Shown here: positions 47,663 through 58,095 of the stretch, piece after piece
Position numbering within the stretch: position 1 is the stretch's first letter
Layout: every line of letters begins with the position of its first letter
Source: Phyllosticta citribraziliensis
Lineage: Eukaryota
DNA length: 64,000 bases
Direction: 5' to 3'
NCBI RefSeq assembly: GCF_038025025.1
Contig: NW_027117350.1
Coordinates: 124,001-188,000 of the forward strand
Notes under the pieces: generated by a model
What the model was told of the DNA's origin: nothing
Seen by the model: only the letters and a program-made list of their open reading frames with translations
Database searches by the model: none
Translations under genes and position numbers: made by a program

Positions 47663-49114
47663 ATGGCTGCCACTCCTCCACTTCCTGAGCGCATTTCTAC
47701 GCCGCCTGCGCCAGCCCGCGGTCCGCAGTTGGATGACTGGGAGCCATACCGTCGTTCACGCCGAGTCGCTGCACAACGCGACAGGCACCTGCAAAATCAC
47801 TCTGCCTCTCCTCCTCAAAAGTCAACCGCCTCATCTGCCCGCGCCCGCGCCCGCGCCTCGACACCACTCGGCAGGCGCTCCTCCCCACACTCCTCCTCCA
47901 CCGCTCAAACCATTTCACCTCCATCCTCACCACACTCCCCCATCAAGCGCACTACCCTCGGCGCCTTCAAACCTCGCGACATCCGCCGCAGCTTCGACTC
48001 CGACTCGGACCCATTCACCACAAGCTCCAAGGGAGAGTCTTCTAGCCTAACGGCCGGTCCCATTCTACCAACCCCCGCCAAAACGCCCGCCAAACGGAAG
48101 GTGTCCCAAGCCGCATTTGGCTCGACCGCCCGCGTGCTGTTTCACGACCGTCCGGCAACCATTGACGAAGTCATGCCTCCCAAGACCTCTCGCAAGAAGA
48201 AGCGCGCCGGCTTCTCGCTGGCCGGCTACTCCGAATCATTCGAATGCGACAAATCCAGCAAGATTGAAATCTACACCGATGGCAAAGAAAGGGTCCCAAG
48301 CTACAACCAAGAGGAGGACAATCCATTCGTCACGAAGCCTGGCGAGGCACGCCCCAAGCCCGGCCCTAGCTCCACCAAGCCCAAATCCGAGCGCGACGAG
48401 AAAATGGAACGCCGAGCTCGCAATGGAGAGGGCGTCATCCACGTCTTCCGTGGCAAAAAGTTCTTCTCAGAGTTCACCGACCACGACAGCGAAGTCGACG
48501 AAACCGAAAGTCCTCTGGGAGGTAGCCCCATCCGTCGCATAGCCGCCTCCTCTACGGCTCCCCGTCGCATCCTCCGTTCCTCGATCAAGCCTCGTCTGCT
48601 CTGGCCGACTGAGGAGCAGCAAGCCGCTCGAGAGCCTGGTTCGTCCAAGTCCGGCGAAGAAGACACCACCGACATCGAAGCTCCCTTCGACACCGACTCC
48701 GGCAAGCATTACCAAGTCTCGCGTGGCCACCGTTCCGCATTCCACGAAGAAGCGACTTCGGCTGTTCCTCAGCAGGACATTCCTACGTCTCAAACCCCGG
48801 CAAAGCAGCGTTGCATGGACTTTGCCACGCCTCCGCCCACGCGTTCAACTCGTGCCTCGACCAAGAAGGACGCCGTCGCCGACGAAGGCCCATCTCCTCA
48901 GCCGTCGCCCAGCCGCACCTCTCGCCAGGATGTCCAGTCCCTCGATGTCGCGCTTCCCGTGCCGAAGAAGCGCAGTCCATTCGACGCCTGGCGTCGCACC
49001 AAGTCGGGCTCTGGCTCGACCACGACCAAGAGGGAGGGCGACCTTCTCGAGCCCGCTGGCGCCAAGAGAACCAGAAGCGCAACGCACGCGCAAGCTTCTA
49101 GTTCGACGCAGTAG
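47663..49114 (+). CDS. Probable Rum1/Sic1-family CDK inhibitor (disordered, S/T-P rich)
   Basis: Ordered motifs LPTPAKTP, EEDNPF, HVFRGKK and IKPRLLW plus multiple S/T-P-x-K/R sites in an intronless ORF of about 483 aa. Confidence 0.72.
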   Translation: MAATPPLPERISTPPAPARGPQLDDWEPYRRSRRVAAQRDRHLQNHSASPPQKSTASSARARARASTPLGRRSSPHSSSTAQTISPPSSPHSPIKRTTLGAFKPRDIRRSFDSDSDPFTTSSKGESSSLTAGPILPTPAKTPAKRKVSQAAFGSTARVLFHDRPATIDEVMPPKTSRKKKRAGFSLAGYSESFECDKSSKIEIYTDGKERVPSYNQEEDNPFVTKPGEARPKPGPSSTKPKSERDEKMERRARNGEGVIHVFRGKKFFSEFTDHDSEVDETESPLGGSPIRRIAASSTAPRRILRSSIKPRLLWPTEEQQAAREPGSSKSGEEDTTDIEAPFDTDSGKHYQVSRGHRSAFHEEATSAVPQQDIPTSQTPAKQRCMDFATPPPTRSTRASTKKDAVADEGPSPQPSPSRTSRQDVQSLDVALPVPKKRSPFDAWRRTKSGSGSTTTKREGDLLEPAGAKRTRSATHAQASSSTQ

Positions 49115-50237
49115 GCTCTGATCCTACAAGCCCTTTTCAAATGGAGACGTGTGTAGACGGGAGATTACATCGCCGCACTATATACTCTTCACTCTCAACA
49201 CCCAACAACGTCTCATCAAAAATGGCATCAATGTTTGTTGCATGGTGCTTCTTTGACCGATGCACAACCGCTTGATCCAAAACGGCCGTGACTTTCACCA
49301 CAGGTCACATCCATGCGAAACCATTCTCACCGACGCCGTCTTGGTACCCAACACCTGAGCGTTCTCGACTTGTCATTTGCACAGCACTGGTCCGGCGTTT
49401 TCTCAGGATCCAGTTCAACTTGGGTTGGTCTTTCCCGACAGGCTCTCTTTGGTGTAACGAATCTCCTTGATTGCTTGCCCCCTGCTTTGCTGCACCGTCA
49501 CCCACATACTGGATACTCCTTACCCCGTCATACCCTTCTGCAAAGGATTCCCCACACAGCACTTTGCTTCCCTTGCGTAACCATTTCCCCTTTTTTTTTG
49601 CTCCTTTGTCGTCGCATTGGCCGAAGTTGGTCGATCGCGTTCTCTTCAAATTGCGCCATTACGACTCCCTTGGCTTGAAAAGTCTTGATCTCGCAAGCGG
49701 TCGGCATGCGCAAATCCGCGTTGGATGCGCGTTGGAAAAGCAAAAAAGCCGTCAACAAAAGGCTTCGTCTGCACTCAGTCATACAGCACGACAAAAGCAC
49801 CCGAACCCTCCAAACTTTTTTCAACACAGACTGCACGACATTACCGAGCACCTCTTGCTCCAGGAATCAATTTGCTTTTCTCTTCTTTCGTGTGATTTCT
49901 TCCGGATGGATGGATGGATTGGGAACGACGGCAGAGGGCGCACTTCTTCCCTCGTGTTGTTTTACCACTACTACCCCTTTGCTTTTTCAGAGATTGGTCG
50001 GACCCACTGGACAGGAGGAGTCGAATGCAAGGCTTTCGTTCGGATCAAGTGGCGCCCTACTCGGGACCAGACTGCGCGGTCGACTGACAGTAGATAGAAT
50101 GCCCAGGCGCAGATAATGCCGGTTGGGCGAGTAGGTAGACGAAATCAAAACTCGACATCACAACAATTGCGCGTCCCGCTTTGACATTGCTGATGTGCTT
50201 TACATACGTATCGCGTGGTCATGGGCAATAGCTCCGA

Positions 50238-50286
50238 CCTTTCAAGATTCCTTTCAAGATTCCTTTCAAGATTCCTTTCAAGATTC
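50238..50286. repeat. 12-bp tandem repeat (CCTTTCAAGATT) x4
   Basis: Four perfect copies seen directly. Confidence 0.95.
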
Positions 50287-50318
50287 GACGACTTCTCCTT
50301 CTTCTGAACCGGCGTTGC

Positions 50319-50504
50319 TCAAATAGTGAGCGCTTTATTCAACGCCTTTGGCGCCGCTCAATGGGCATCTCACTCAAACCACCACTTTACCCTCCATAGC
50401 GGTATTGAATCCAAGCTCCGAGATAAGCCCACGGTGATGACTGCTGGGGGCATCTGAGACAGGCCATGAATGCTCCCTGTGTGCACTTGTAGTGGTGCGG
50501 TGGA
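50319..50504 (+). repeat. Dispersed repeat copy B (homologous to 45882-46172, unexpanded array)
   Basis: Shares the blocks listed for copy A; contains TGACTGCT...ACAGGCCA TGAATGCTCCC. Confidence 0.88.
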
Positions 50505-51820
50505 GTCCGCTCGACGTAGCAGCAGAAGAGAGCAGGCTCGTGAGCGGTGAAAAGTGAACCAAGCTCTTCTCGACTGAATCTTTGGGGTGCATGCAGAACA
50601 TGACACGGCAAGGTATCAGGAATCCGCCTGCTCACTCACAAAATCACTGACTGGAAAGCAGACTGGGCAAGACAAGGGATTGGCGACATGCGCGCCGTGT
50701 AGCTACACCGAGCATTCGTCCGGACAGGCTGCCTTGAAATGTCCACGATCCTGCTGCGTTGACGATGACGACGATGACATGACATGACACGAGCCTCTTA
50801 GCCCTTGAGGCATCGGGCGGGCGGGCTAAACGATATGACAGACCGCCATGCGTTCGTTCCATTGATTAAGTGATTCATCGAGCTACAACCTCCGTCCGTC
50901 CATTCGTCCACGCAAACCGCATGCTCTCGAGCCGGTCTGTTTACCGAACAATGCGCGAGTAGGAGGATATTGATATTCGACTGAACCGAGCACGAGACCG
51001 ACATGAGATGATGATGGCACTACGAGGTACTAGATAGGTAGGTAGGAAAAGGAATGCGCGAGGGAGAAAAGATGCAGCAGCGCAAAAGAGAACAGTGACG
51101 AAAGAGAAGAAGCCGAAGAAGCCGAACTGTAAAGAGACAAACAGGAGGTGCCCGCCAGATGCAAAAGGTGTGAGTGAGGTGGAGGATTCCGTGGCTTTTT
51201 GCTTTTTTTTTTTTGTTGCTTTTCTCGACGGCGTAGGGTGCGGTGCGTGTGCCACTGGCCCTGGGCGTGGCGTTCCGTTGCGCTCCATGACTGGCGACGA
51301 TGGTCGTTGGATTAGGCAATGGCAATGGGCGGTTAAGAGCGTTGGTTGGTCAGCAGCAGTGTTGGCCCAGGCATCATGTCAGATCAGATGCTGCTGCTGC
51401 TCCCTGCCTTCCTTCCATTCTCCTTCTCGCCGCCACCACCACTGTTCGCCCGTCACAAGAACCGTCATCAGCGCCCCCCCTCGTCGCCACACACCCAATG
51501 AGGCTGCACACTGAAGATGCTCCGGACAGCGTGGCAGTCGCACCAAACGGCAGAGTTATTTTCCGACTAGCCCAAGCTCTTTTTCTGTCTCAGGAGACCG
51601 CCCATATCATCATAACCGCCTGCTCCGGTCGGTCATGCCTACTCGCTCGCGCTTAGAGTTCTGGCTGCTGATCGATTGCGGCCCAATCAGGCAGGAGGAG
51701 TGGCCAACAGACCAACTTGGAACATTAGGTCGAAATGTGTTGTGGCACAAAAAAGAATCACCACCAGCCAAGCTTTCAGCTCCCGACTCCCTGCCGTTGC
51801 CACTGCTGTCACCGCTTCAT

Positions 51821-54800
51821 TCAGCTCTTGTCGCGGCTGCGATCGGGTTGCTGCTGCTTCTGGTCTTGTCTGGACGCTTGTGCGTCGTCTTTGCGGGTCG
51901 CTGCGTCTGTCGTGGATGTTGTCGGCTCAGCAGCGGCGTATTCCGCTGCGCTGACGAACGTCGTTGCACCAGTTTCGTCGCTGCCGTGGTGGCTGTGTTG
52001 GGAGCTCGACGACGACGCGTCCATCTTGCTCGAGGGTTCAGATGCGCCGCCACCAGTCAGAGTCAGATATTTTTGCCCTCCGTCGGATGCCGGCATGAGG
52101 GAACCTGTGACAGGAAGTTTTTGCCCATGTTCCGACGAGGTGTTTTCTTCTGGGCTTTTGGCTTTTGTGGCACCACTCTGTGTTCCCCATGTCGGTTTGG
52201 GCGTTATTGTCTTGAGGGGCGCGTTCGGCGCTCGATGTCTGCCTACTGGAGCTGCGCTGGAGCCTGAGTGGGACGAAGCATTGCTGCCTTTCCGCGTCTT
52301 TCCTTTTCTTCGCGCGCAGCATGTGGCGGATTCGTCGCTACTGGATGCTGCTGAGTGGGCTGAGTGGTTTGGCTTTGAGTCTCCAGCGCCATCCACTTGA
52401 TCAAGGAGGTTGTCGTTGTTCTCCTCATTTCCATTCGAGGATTCGGGGGCCTTGAGAAGAAGCTCGTCGTCTGATGCTTCCACTGTTGTGCATTCCGAGT
52501 CCGCATGTCGCCGGCTAGAGGTCTGCTTTGTCCAAAGCATGAGGTATTTGCCACCGTGAGCCAAGAGTTCTTGGTGTGTGCCTCTCTCAATGATGGTTCC
52601 CTCATTCATAACCAAGATGAGGTCCGCATCCATGACGGTTGAGAGCCTGTGGGCAACGACAAAGGTGGTACGACCTCTGCTCAATTTTTGAAATGCCTCT
52701 TGAATTTGAACTTCAGTCTCCGAGTCCACGGCAGAGGTGGCTTCATCCAGAAGGACAATTTGAGGGCTCTTCAGAAGCACACGAGCAATGGCAATGCGCT
52801 GAAGCTCGCCACCGGATAGCTTTACTCCTCGTTCGCCAACCTTTGCTCGATATTTGTCCGGAAACGTCATGATTTTGTCGTGGACTGCGGCGGCGCGGCA
52901 GGCATCGTAAATCTCCTCGTCCGTGGCGTCAAGACGGGCATATCGAATGTTTTCCATGATGGAAAGGTTGAACATGGACGGATCCTGAGGAACGACTCCC
53001 ATGCTCTCGCGAAGACTGTCGAGTCTGACGTGGCGAATGTCTTGACCGTCGATTTTGATGCTGCCTGAGCTCACATCGTAGAATCGCATCAATAACTTAA
53101 GTGTCGTGGACTTGCCAGAACCGGTCTCGCCAACAAGAGCGATTGTTTGGCCTGGTTCGGCTGCGAAGCTGATTTCTTTGATTGCCGGTTTACGTTCGTC
53201 GTAGGCGTAGCTGACCTTCTCAAATTCGACTCTCGCTTTGCTGACGTGGAGATCGGGTGCGTCTGGTGACTCCGGGACGCTGCTCTTTGTTTGGAATAAC
53301 TCAAGCATCCTTTCGGCGTCGATGAGGTCGGATGACAGCTTGTTGTAGCAACTCGCAAGCCTCGAGAGAGGGCTTGAGAGGGTGGCCCAGTACGACATGA
53401 GCATGACGAAGCTTCCAACTGTTGCGGTACCCTCGGAAATGCGGTAGGCGGCCAGGAAGCTGACGACAAGAAGACCCAAGAGCATGATAAGACCCTCGAC
53501 CGCAAATACAATGTTGTAGAAGAAAATGTACCGAACGTATGCGTCAATGTGCTCGTCAATTGCGACAGTGAGGCGGCTTTCTTCGTGTCTGGCGCGATTG
53601 AAATAGGCGACAGTCTGCCAATTGCTGACGGACTCGTACAGAATCTTGTTCTCCTTGACGTACTTGTCCACCCAGCGTCGTCGCCCTGTTCGGTTTAATG
53701 TCGTGAGTTTGATCGCTGTCCAGATATAAGTAACGGCGACCACGACCACGGTAAAGGCCAGATAGCCGTCAAAGAGATTGGCGAGGTACAGAAAGACGAC
53801 GACCAGATCGATGAGGAGAGGTGCCGTGTCAACGAACAAGTATTCCACGAGAGAAGTGAGAGAATGGCCTTGCTCTACCGACTTGAGCAGCTCGCCAGAG
53901 CTCTTGTCGTTGTGAAAGTCCATGGAAAGGCCCATAACGTGTCGAAACGCAGCCACGGTCAGCCGCGAGTAGGCAAATTGTGTCAAAAGACACTGAACCA
54001 GAACCATTACACCGTCAACACCAGCTCTTGACTTCAGGATGCGTAGCCCGATCCATATGGAAATCTCCTTCCATGGAACGTGGTGGGTGCCGCGGTCCTC
54101 GGTCAATTTGTTGGTGATGATTCCAATCTGGCGTGGTATCAAGAGGTTGAAGACACGCTCTGCAAGTATGCAAAGTGTAATAATGAAGAGGTAGAATTGC
54201 ATCTTCCGATTCCTGGCTGGCCAAATGAGGGGGAGAAATATGAAGAATTGTTTGGTATAACCCCACCAACCTCCCTGCTCGAGCACTCTCTGGCGCAGTT
54301 TTTCTTGGGTCTTTTTCTTTTGTTCTTCCTGTTCGTCCATATAACTGTCTCCCCGCTCTTCCGATTCGGTTTCCTCGGTGGTTTCGGTCGTTCCATAATT
54401 CTTGCAGTCTCTCTGTGTCTCGGCCGTGCCGTTTGCGTCGGCTCCAAGTAAAGGCTGGTTTTCCTCATCGGGACTGGAAAATTCTCTTTTGCAGGTCCAC
54501 TCAATCTTGATGCCAAGTATTGACAGCGCGAAGACCATCGAGATTCGCAGGATTGCAACAGCCTTTTCGATGACGTGAAAAGTGCTCTTCTCGGTCTCGG
54601 CAGTGGCCGACAAGACAAAAATGGTGATTTCGAGCGCAAGTGCAGTAGCCCAAGTCCCAGTATAAGGTAGCCATCTTGGCGAAGTCGAATCGACCAGAAT
54701 GAGGGATATGACGCCCCACACGAGAATTGAAGAGAGGACAAATATGACTTTGGTCTGTCCGGCCCACCAGCCATGCTGGACCAGACTGCGGATGATGTAC

Positions 54801-55009
54801 GCCGCTGCTTCACCAACATATGTGAAGATGGTCAAGACTACCAGTGACTGGACGAGGAAGCGCCATTTTGGCTGCACCGCTCCTTCTTTGGGCGGCAGTC
54901 GTAGAGCAAAATCGAAAATGATAAGTCCCAAGAAGCATATCACCAGAAGAAAAGGGTAGAGCTGGCGGATGATGCCCAAGGCCTGAGCTTCGTTGGAAAG
55001 AGATTCCAT
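51821..55009 (-). CDS. ABC half-transporter, Hmt1/ABCB6-like (heavy-metal tolerance type)
   Basis: N-terminal extra TM domain, ABC TMD (LSMDFHNDKSSGE), Walker A GETGSGKS, Q-loop VVPQD, signature LSGGELQR, Walker B LLDEATS, AHRLST; intronless frame. Confidence 0.92.
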   Translation of the reverse strand: MESLSNEAQALGIIRQLYPFLLVICFLGLIIFDFALRLPPKEGAVQPKWRFLVQSLVVLTIFTYVGEAAAYIIRSLVQHGWWAGQTKVIFVLSSILVWGVISLILVDSTSPRWLPYTGTWATALALEITIFVLSATAETEKSTFHVIEKAVAILRISMVFALSILGIKIEWTCKREFSSPDEENQPLLGADANGTAETQRDCKNYGTTETTEETESEERGDSYMDEQEEQKKKTQEKLRQRVLEQGGWWGYTKQFFIFLPLIWPARNRKMQFYLFIITLCILAERVFNLLIPRQIGIITNKLTEDRGTHHVPWKEISIWIGLRILKSRAGVDGVMVLVQCLLTQFAYSRLTVAAFRHVMGLSMDFHNDKSSGELLKSVEQGHSLTSLVEYLFVDTAPLLIDLVVVFLYLANLFDGYLAFTVVVVAVTYIWTAIKLTTLNRTGRRRWVDKYVKENKILYESVSNWQTVAYFNRARHEESRLTVAIDEHIDAYVRYIFFYNIVFAVEGLIMLLGLLVVSFLAAYRISEGTATVGSFVMLMSYWATLSSPLSRLASCYNKLSSDLIDAERMLELFQTKSSVPESPDAPDLHVSKARVEFEKVSYAYDERKPAIKEISFAAEPGQTIALVGETGSGKSTTLKLLMRFYDVSSGSIKIDGQDIRHVRLDSLRESMGVVPQDPSMFNLSIMENIRYARLDATDEEIYDACRAAAVHDKIMTFPDKYRAKVGERGVKLSGGELQRIAIARVLLKSPQIVLLDEATSAVDSETEVQIQEAFQKLSRGRTTFVVAHRLSTVMDADLILVMNEGTIIERGTHQELLAHGGKYLMLWTKQTSSRRHADSECTTVEASDDELLLKAPESSNGNEENNDNLLDQVDGAGDSKPNHSAHSAASSSDESATCCARRKGKTRKGSNASSHSGSSAAPVGRHRAPNAPLKTITPKPTWGTQSGATKAKSPEENTSSEHGQKLPVTGSLMPASDGGQKYLTLTGGGASEPSSKMDASSSSSQHSHHGSDETGATTFVSAAEYAAAEPTTSTTDAATRKDDAQASRQDQKQQQPDRSRDKS

Positions 55010-57141
55010 GGTAACGTGTGCTTGAGTCGGTCGAGAATGCCGCGCGGGTGGTCGCGCCGGTGATGGAGGACCGGAGTTTTTTGACAAAAAAGAAAGGGGA
55101 GGTTGTTAGGTCAATTGTTTGACAGCGGCAAACATGGGTTGGTTGGACACGGGCGAGAAGGGCTGTATGGAGCGAGTAAGAGTTGGTTAGGTATCAAGTC
55201 AGGAGAAGGATTGCGGCGAGGGTTCGGTGGTCCTCGATATGAGGTGAGGCTCAGGGCTGGTGACTGCGCGGGAAAGGGCAGCTGCAGAAGCACATGCGCG
55301 ACAGGGCCGGTAGAGACTTCTCTTTTGCTTGCCACAGCGGCGTTGGCATGCGTCGAAGGCAACGACGCCCGAGGTCAAGAGTTGCAGTTAATCCGGAGAG
55401 CTGGGGCAGAGGCACAGCCCCTGACGCCTAAACGCCTCGAGGTATAAGCTTTTGGGGTCCAGTAGTGTGCGGTCAGCCAGAACAAGGCCTTAGGATGGCC
55501 GAATGTCCAGTGAGCTAGGGCTCCAACGAATTCCTGGTTGCCGAGTGGAGTCGACCGTGTATATAAGTCGGTTTCGAAAATTCCAACACAGGACCGAATG
55601 GCCGGTGGACAGTTGCTCCGCACGGGCTCTGGCACCCATGTAGGCTGAGTCATCCGAGATCCGCGCAGCGAAGCGCAGCGCACATGGTGGACAAGGGAAG
55701 AATGCCGTACCGAGCAGCGATGCAAAGGAGGAGCCGGAAGCACACGGTCGTACAGCAGCACATCGTGCCTCGCTGCGGGCGAGCCAGTCAAGGTCAGCCT
55801 TTACCGCTCCTCTGTGCCTCTGACAGCCTGCTTCTCGCCCTGCATTCCCACTAATAAGCAGCCACCCATCGGCGTTCGTCGTAGGCCAGGTGACTTGTAT
55901 GGGCGCCACTGGCAGAAGATGTGCATGGCAGCCTTGCTCTGACTTGATGGCCGCTCCCATGGCTGCGGGGGATTGCATTCATCACAACCCCCCTTCCTCT
56001 GTCACAGCCTGAATGGAGCATTTGCTTGCTTCTTCTCCCTGGACGCTTTTTTTTTTTGTCTGGCGGCGTCGTCGTCTTTTCGGTAGGGCTGAGCCGAGGA
56101 GCGCCTCCGTCCATCATCGGTCGTGGCATTTCCACGCGTAACCGGCTCCCTCGGTCCCAAGCTCTTGCCATTTCTTCTTGCCGGTTGCCATTAAGGGAGC
56201 TTAGAAGACCTATACGGTCCATGTGGCCGGCGCCTCTTCGTTTCCGCCTCGGCTGCCGGGCTCCGTCTGTATGGGCTGCTGTGCTCCGGGCCCTGCACAA
56301 TGACGGACGGCAAAGGGCGGTCGACGGGTGCCGCAACATGATGGCGGCTAGGTTGGACACAAGGCTGCCGGTGATTCAAAAGGTCGGAGGGAGGACAGAG
56401 CAGAGACTCGAAAGGCATGGGTCATCTTAAGTGGAACATTGTTGCGGCTGCCTGAGGTCTGTCTTGCAGCTTTGGGCATCGAGCACGTGGAGGACAAGAC
56501 CTGTCACTGTAGCTAGCCGGCCGCCTCGCGGCATGAAAAGGTGACGTGCATAGGGGAAGCGTTCGTGGCATATCGTGGGTAGAGCGGGCTGAAGAGAGTT
56601 GCTGGCGAACCAAACACCCATGATCGGCGATTCCGGGTGGGTTCATTCGCTAGCCAAGGGTCAAGATGGCTGCGGTCGCAATGGACCTGGTGCACGACTG
56701 TGGCGATGTGGGCTTGTCTGAAGGTGTGTTTGGAGGTCTTGAATACCCATCGAGCTGCTTTTTTGCTTTGGGTTCGGAATGTCGGATTGAAAGGCTCTTG
56801 TGATGGGGAGTTGTTGCAGAGCTCTTGCGGTCTGGCTGGAGAGCCGTCTCGGTGAAGATCTCAGCAACTACTGCTATCTGTTCCGCCTACTTTCAACCAT
56901 GACAAGTCGAGATCATTGCAGCCCAGCAATAGCTTCCAGATGTCTCAAGACATCAACAAAGTACCAAAGCGAACAGTACATCGACAATGACACGAGTAGC
57001 AAGGATGATGCCTCTCCGCGGTCGGCATCACGAACCGCCTGTACGGAACTAGTCCTCATTGGCCTGTTGACAGCACAAATGGTCCGAGGCTTGGTAGCGA
57101 AAGTCGTGGCACACATAACCCCCATCATGATGCTCGACGCT

Positions 57142-57262
57142 TGAATGCTTCCCGTCAGTCACAGTCATAGCGTATGAATGCTCCTCATTAGTTGTAGTTA
57201 TAGCATATGAATGCTCCCTATTAGTTGCAGTCATAGCGTATGAATGCTCCCCATTAGTTATC
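57142..57262 (+). repeat. 33-bp tandem array (about 3.6 units), core TGAATGCTCCC
   Basis: Units start at 57142, 57175, 57208 and 57241, e.g. TGAATGCTCCCTATTAGTTGCAGTCATAGCGTA. Confidence 0.95.
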
Positions 57263-58095
57263 AACTACCTTGAGTAAACTTCTCTTGTTGTGTGTACCAC
57301 AACCTTTGTAACCAAGCCTTAGTCCGACGGCAACCAACGACGTCACCGTCTCTCTGAACCATTTTCCAAATTCTAGCCAATTGCACTATTTCTACCAGAT
57401 TAAGAATTAGCTTAGAGAAGAGAGTTTTGATCCCTTACCTCTCGTATATTAGTGGATTGATAGGGCTAGGGAGATTGCGGGGCTTTTCCTTTCGCAGTTC
57501 ATACCCGGCGGTGACAACAAGACTATTGAGCTTCTGCCAAGTTTTGAAGAGGCTGTCTACTCTGCCACAGGCTAGGCTAATCACTTCGAATGTCGCCATC
57601 AACTGGCTTCTGGTCGTTCGTTGACCAGTGTTGGCGAGGTAGGAGACCCTTTTGACGATACGAAGAGAAAGTAAAAAGGATTCGTATAGAGAGACGACGC
57701 GTCTACCAAATATCATTGCCTTACCCTACTACCTCCCTCTTGCCGTTCTTTCACTTTTGACTGTCGGAATCCCGCAGTTCCAAGGTTGATGCTCTGGAGC
57801 CGCGTCACCAGCTAGCCGTGGGTCAGATATGCCAAACTGGCTCAACTTTTCTTCACTTTTTCGAGTCCTATTTTTTATTGCCCGATCTCGGTACACGTCG
57901 TGCGTCTGGGCGACTTTTTGGCCTTGGCATATGGAGTCTTTGAGGATCTAGCTCATTTCACGGAGCCCCCTGAGCATTTCCTCGCGATTACAAAACTCGA
58001 TATCAGCCGGGTTTCTCGCCCTTCTCATTCCTGCAATTTTTCAAGACAGCGAAAGATTTGTTTCTTTCAGATACCCCGTTCCGGAACTCTCCAAC

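Noticed and set aside
57263..57720. AT-richer stretch after the 57 kb array as a transposon remnant
   Set aside because: No transposase, RT or terminal-repeat motif could be recognised.
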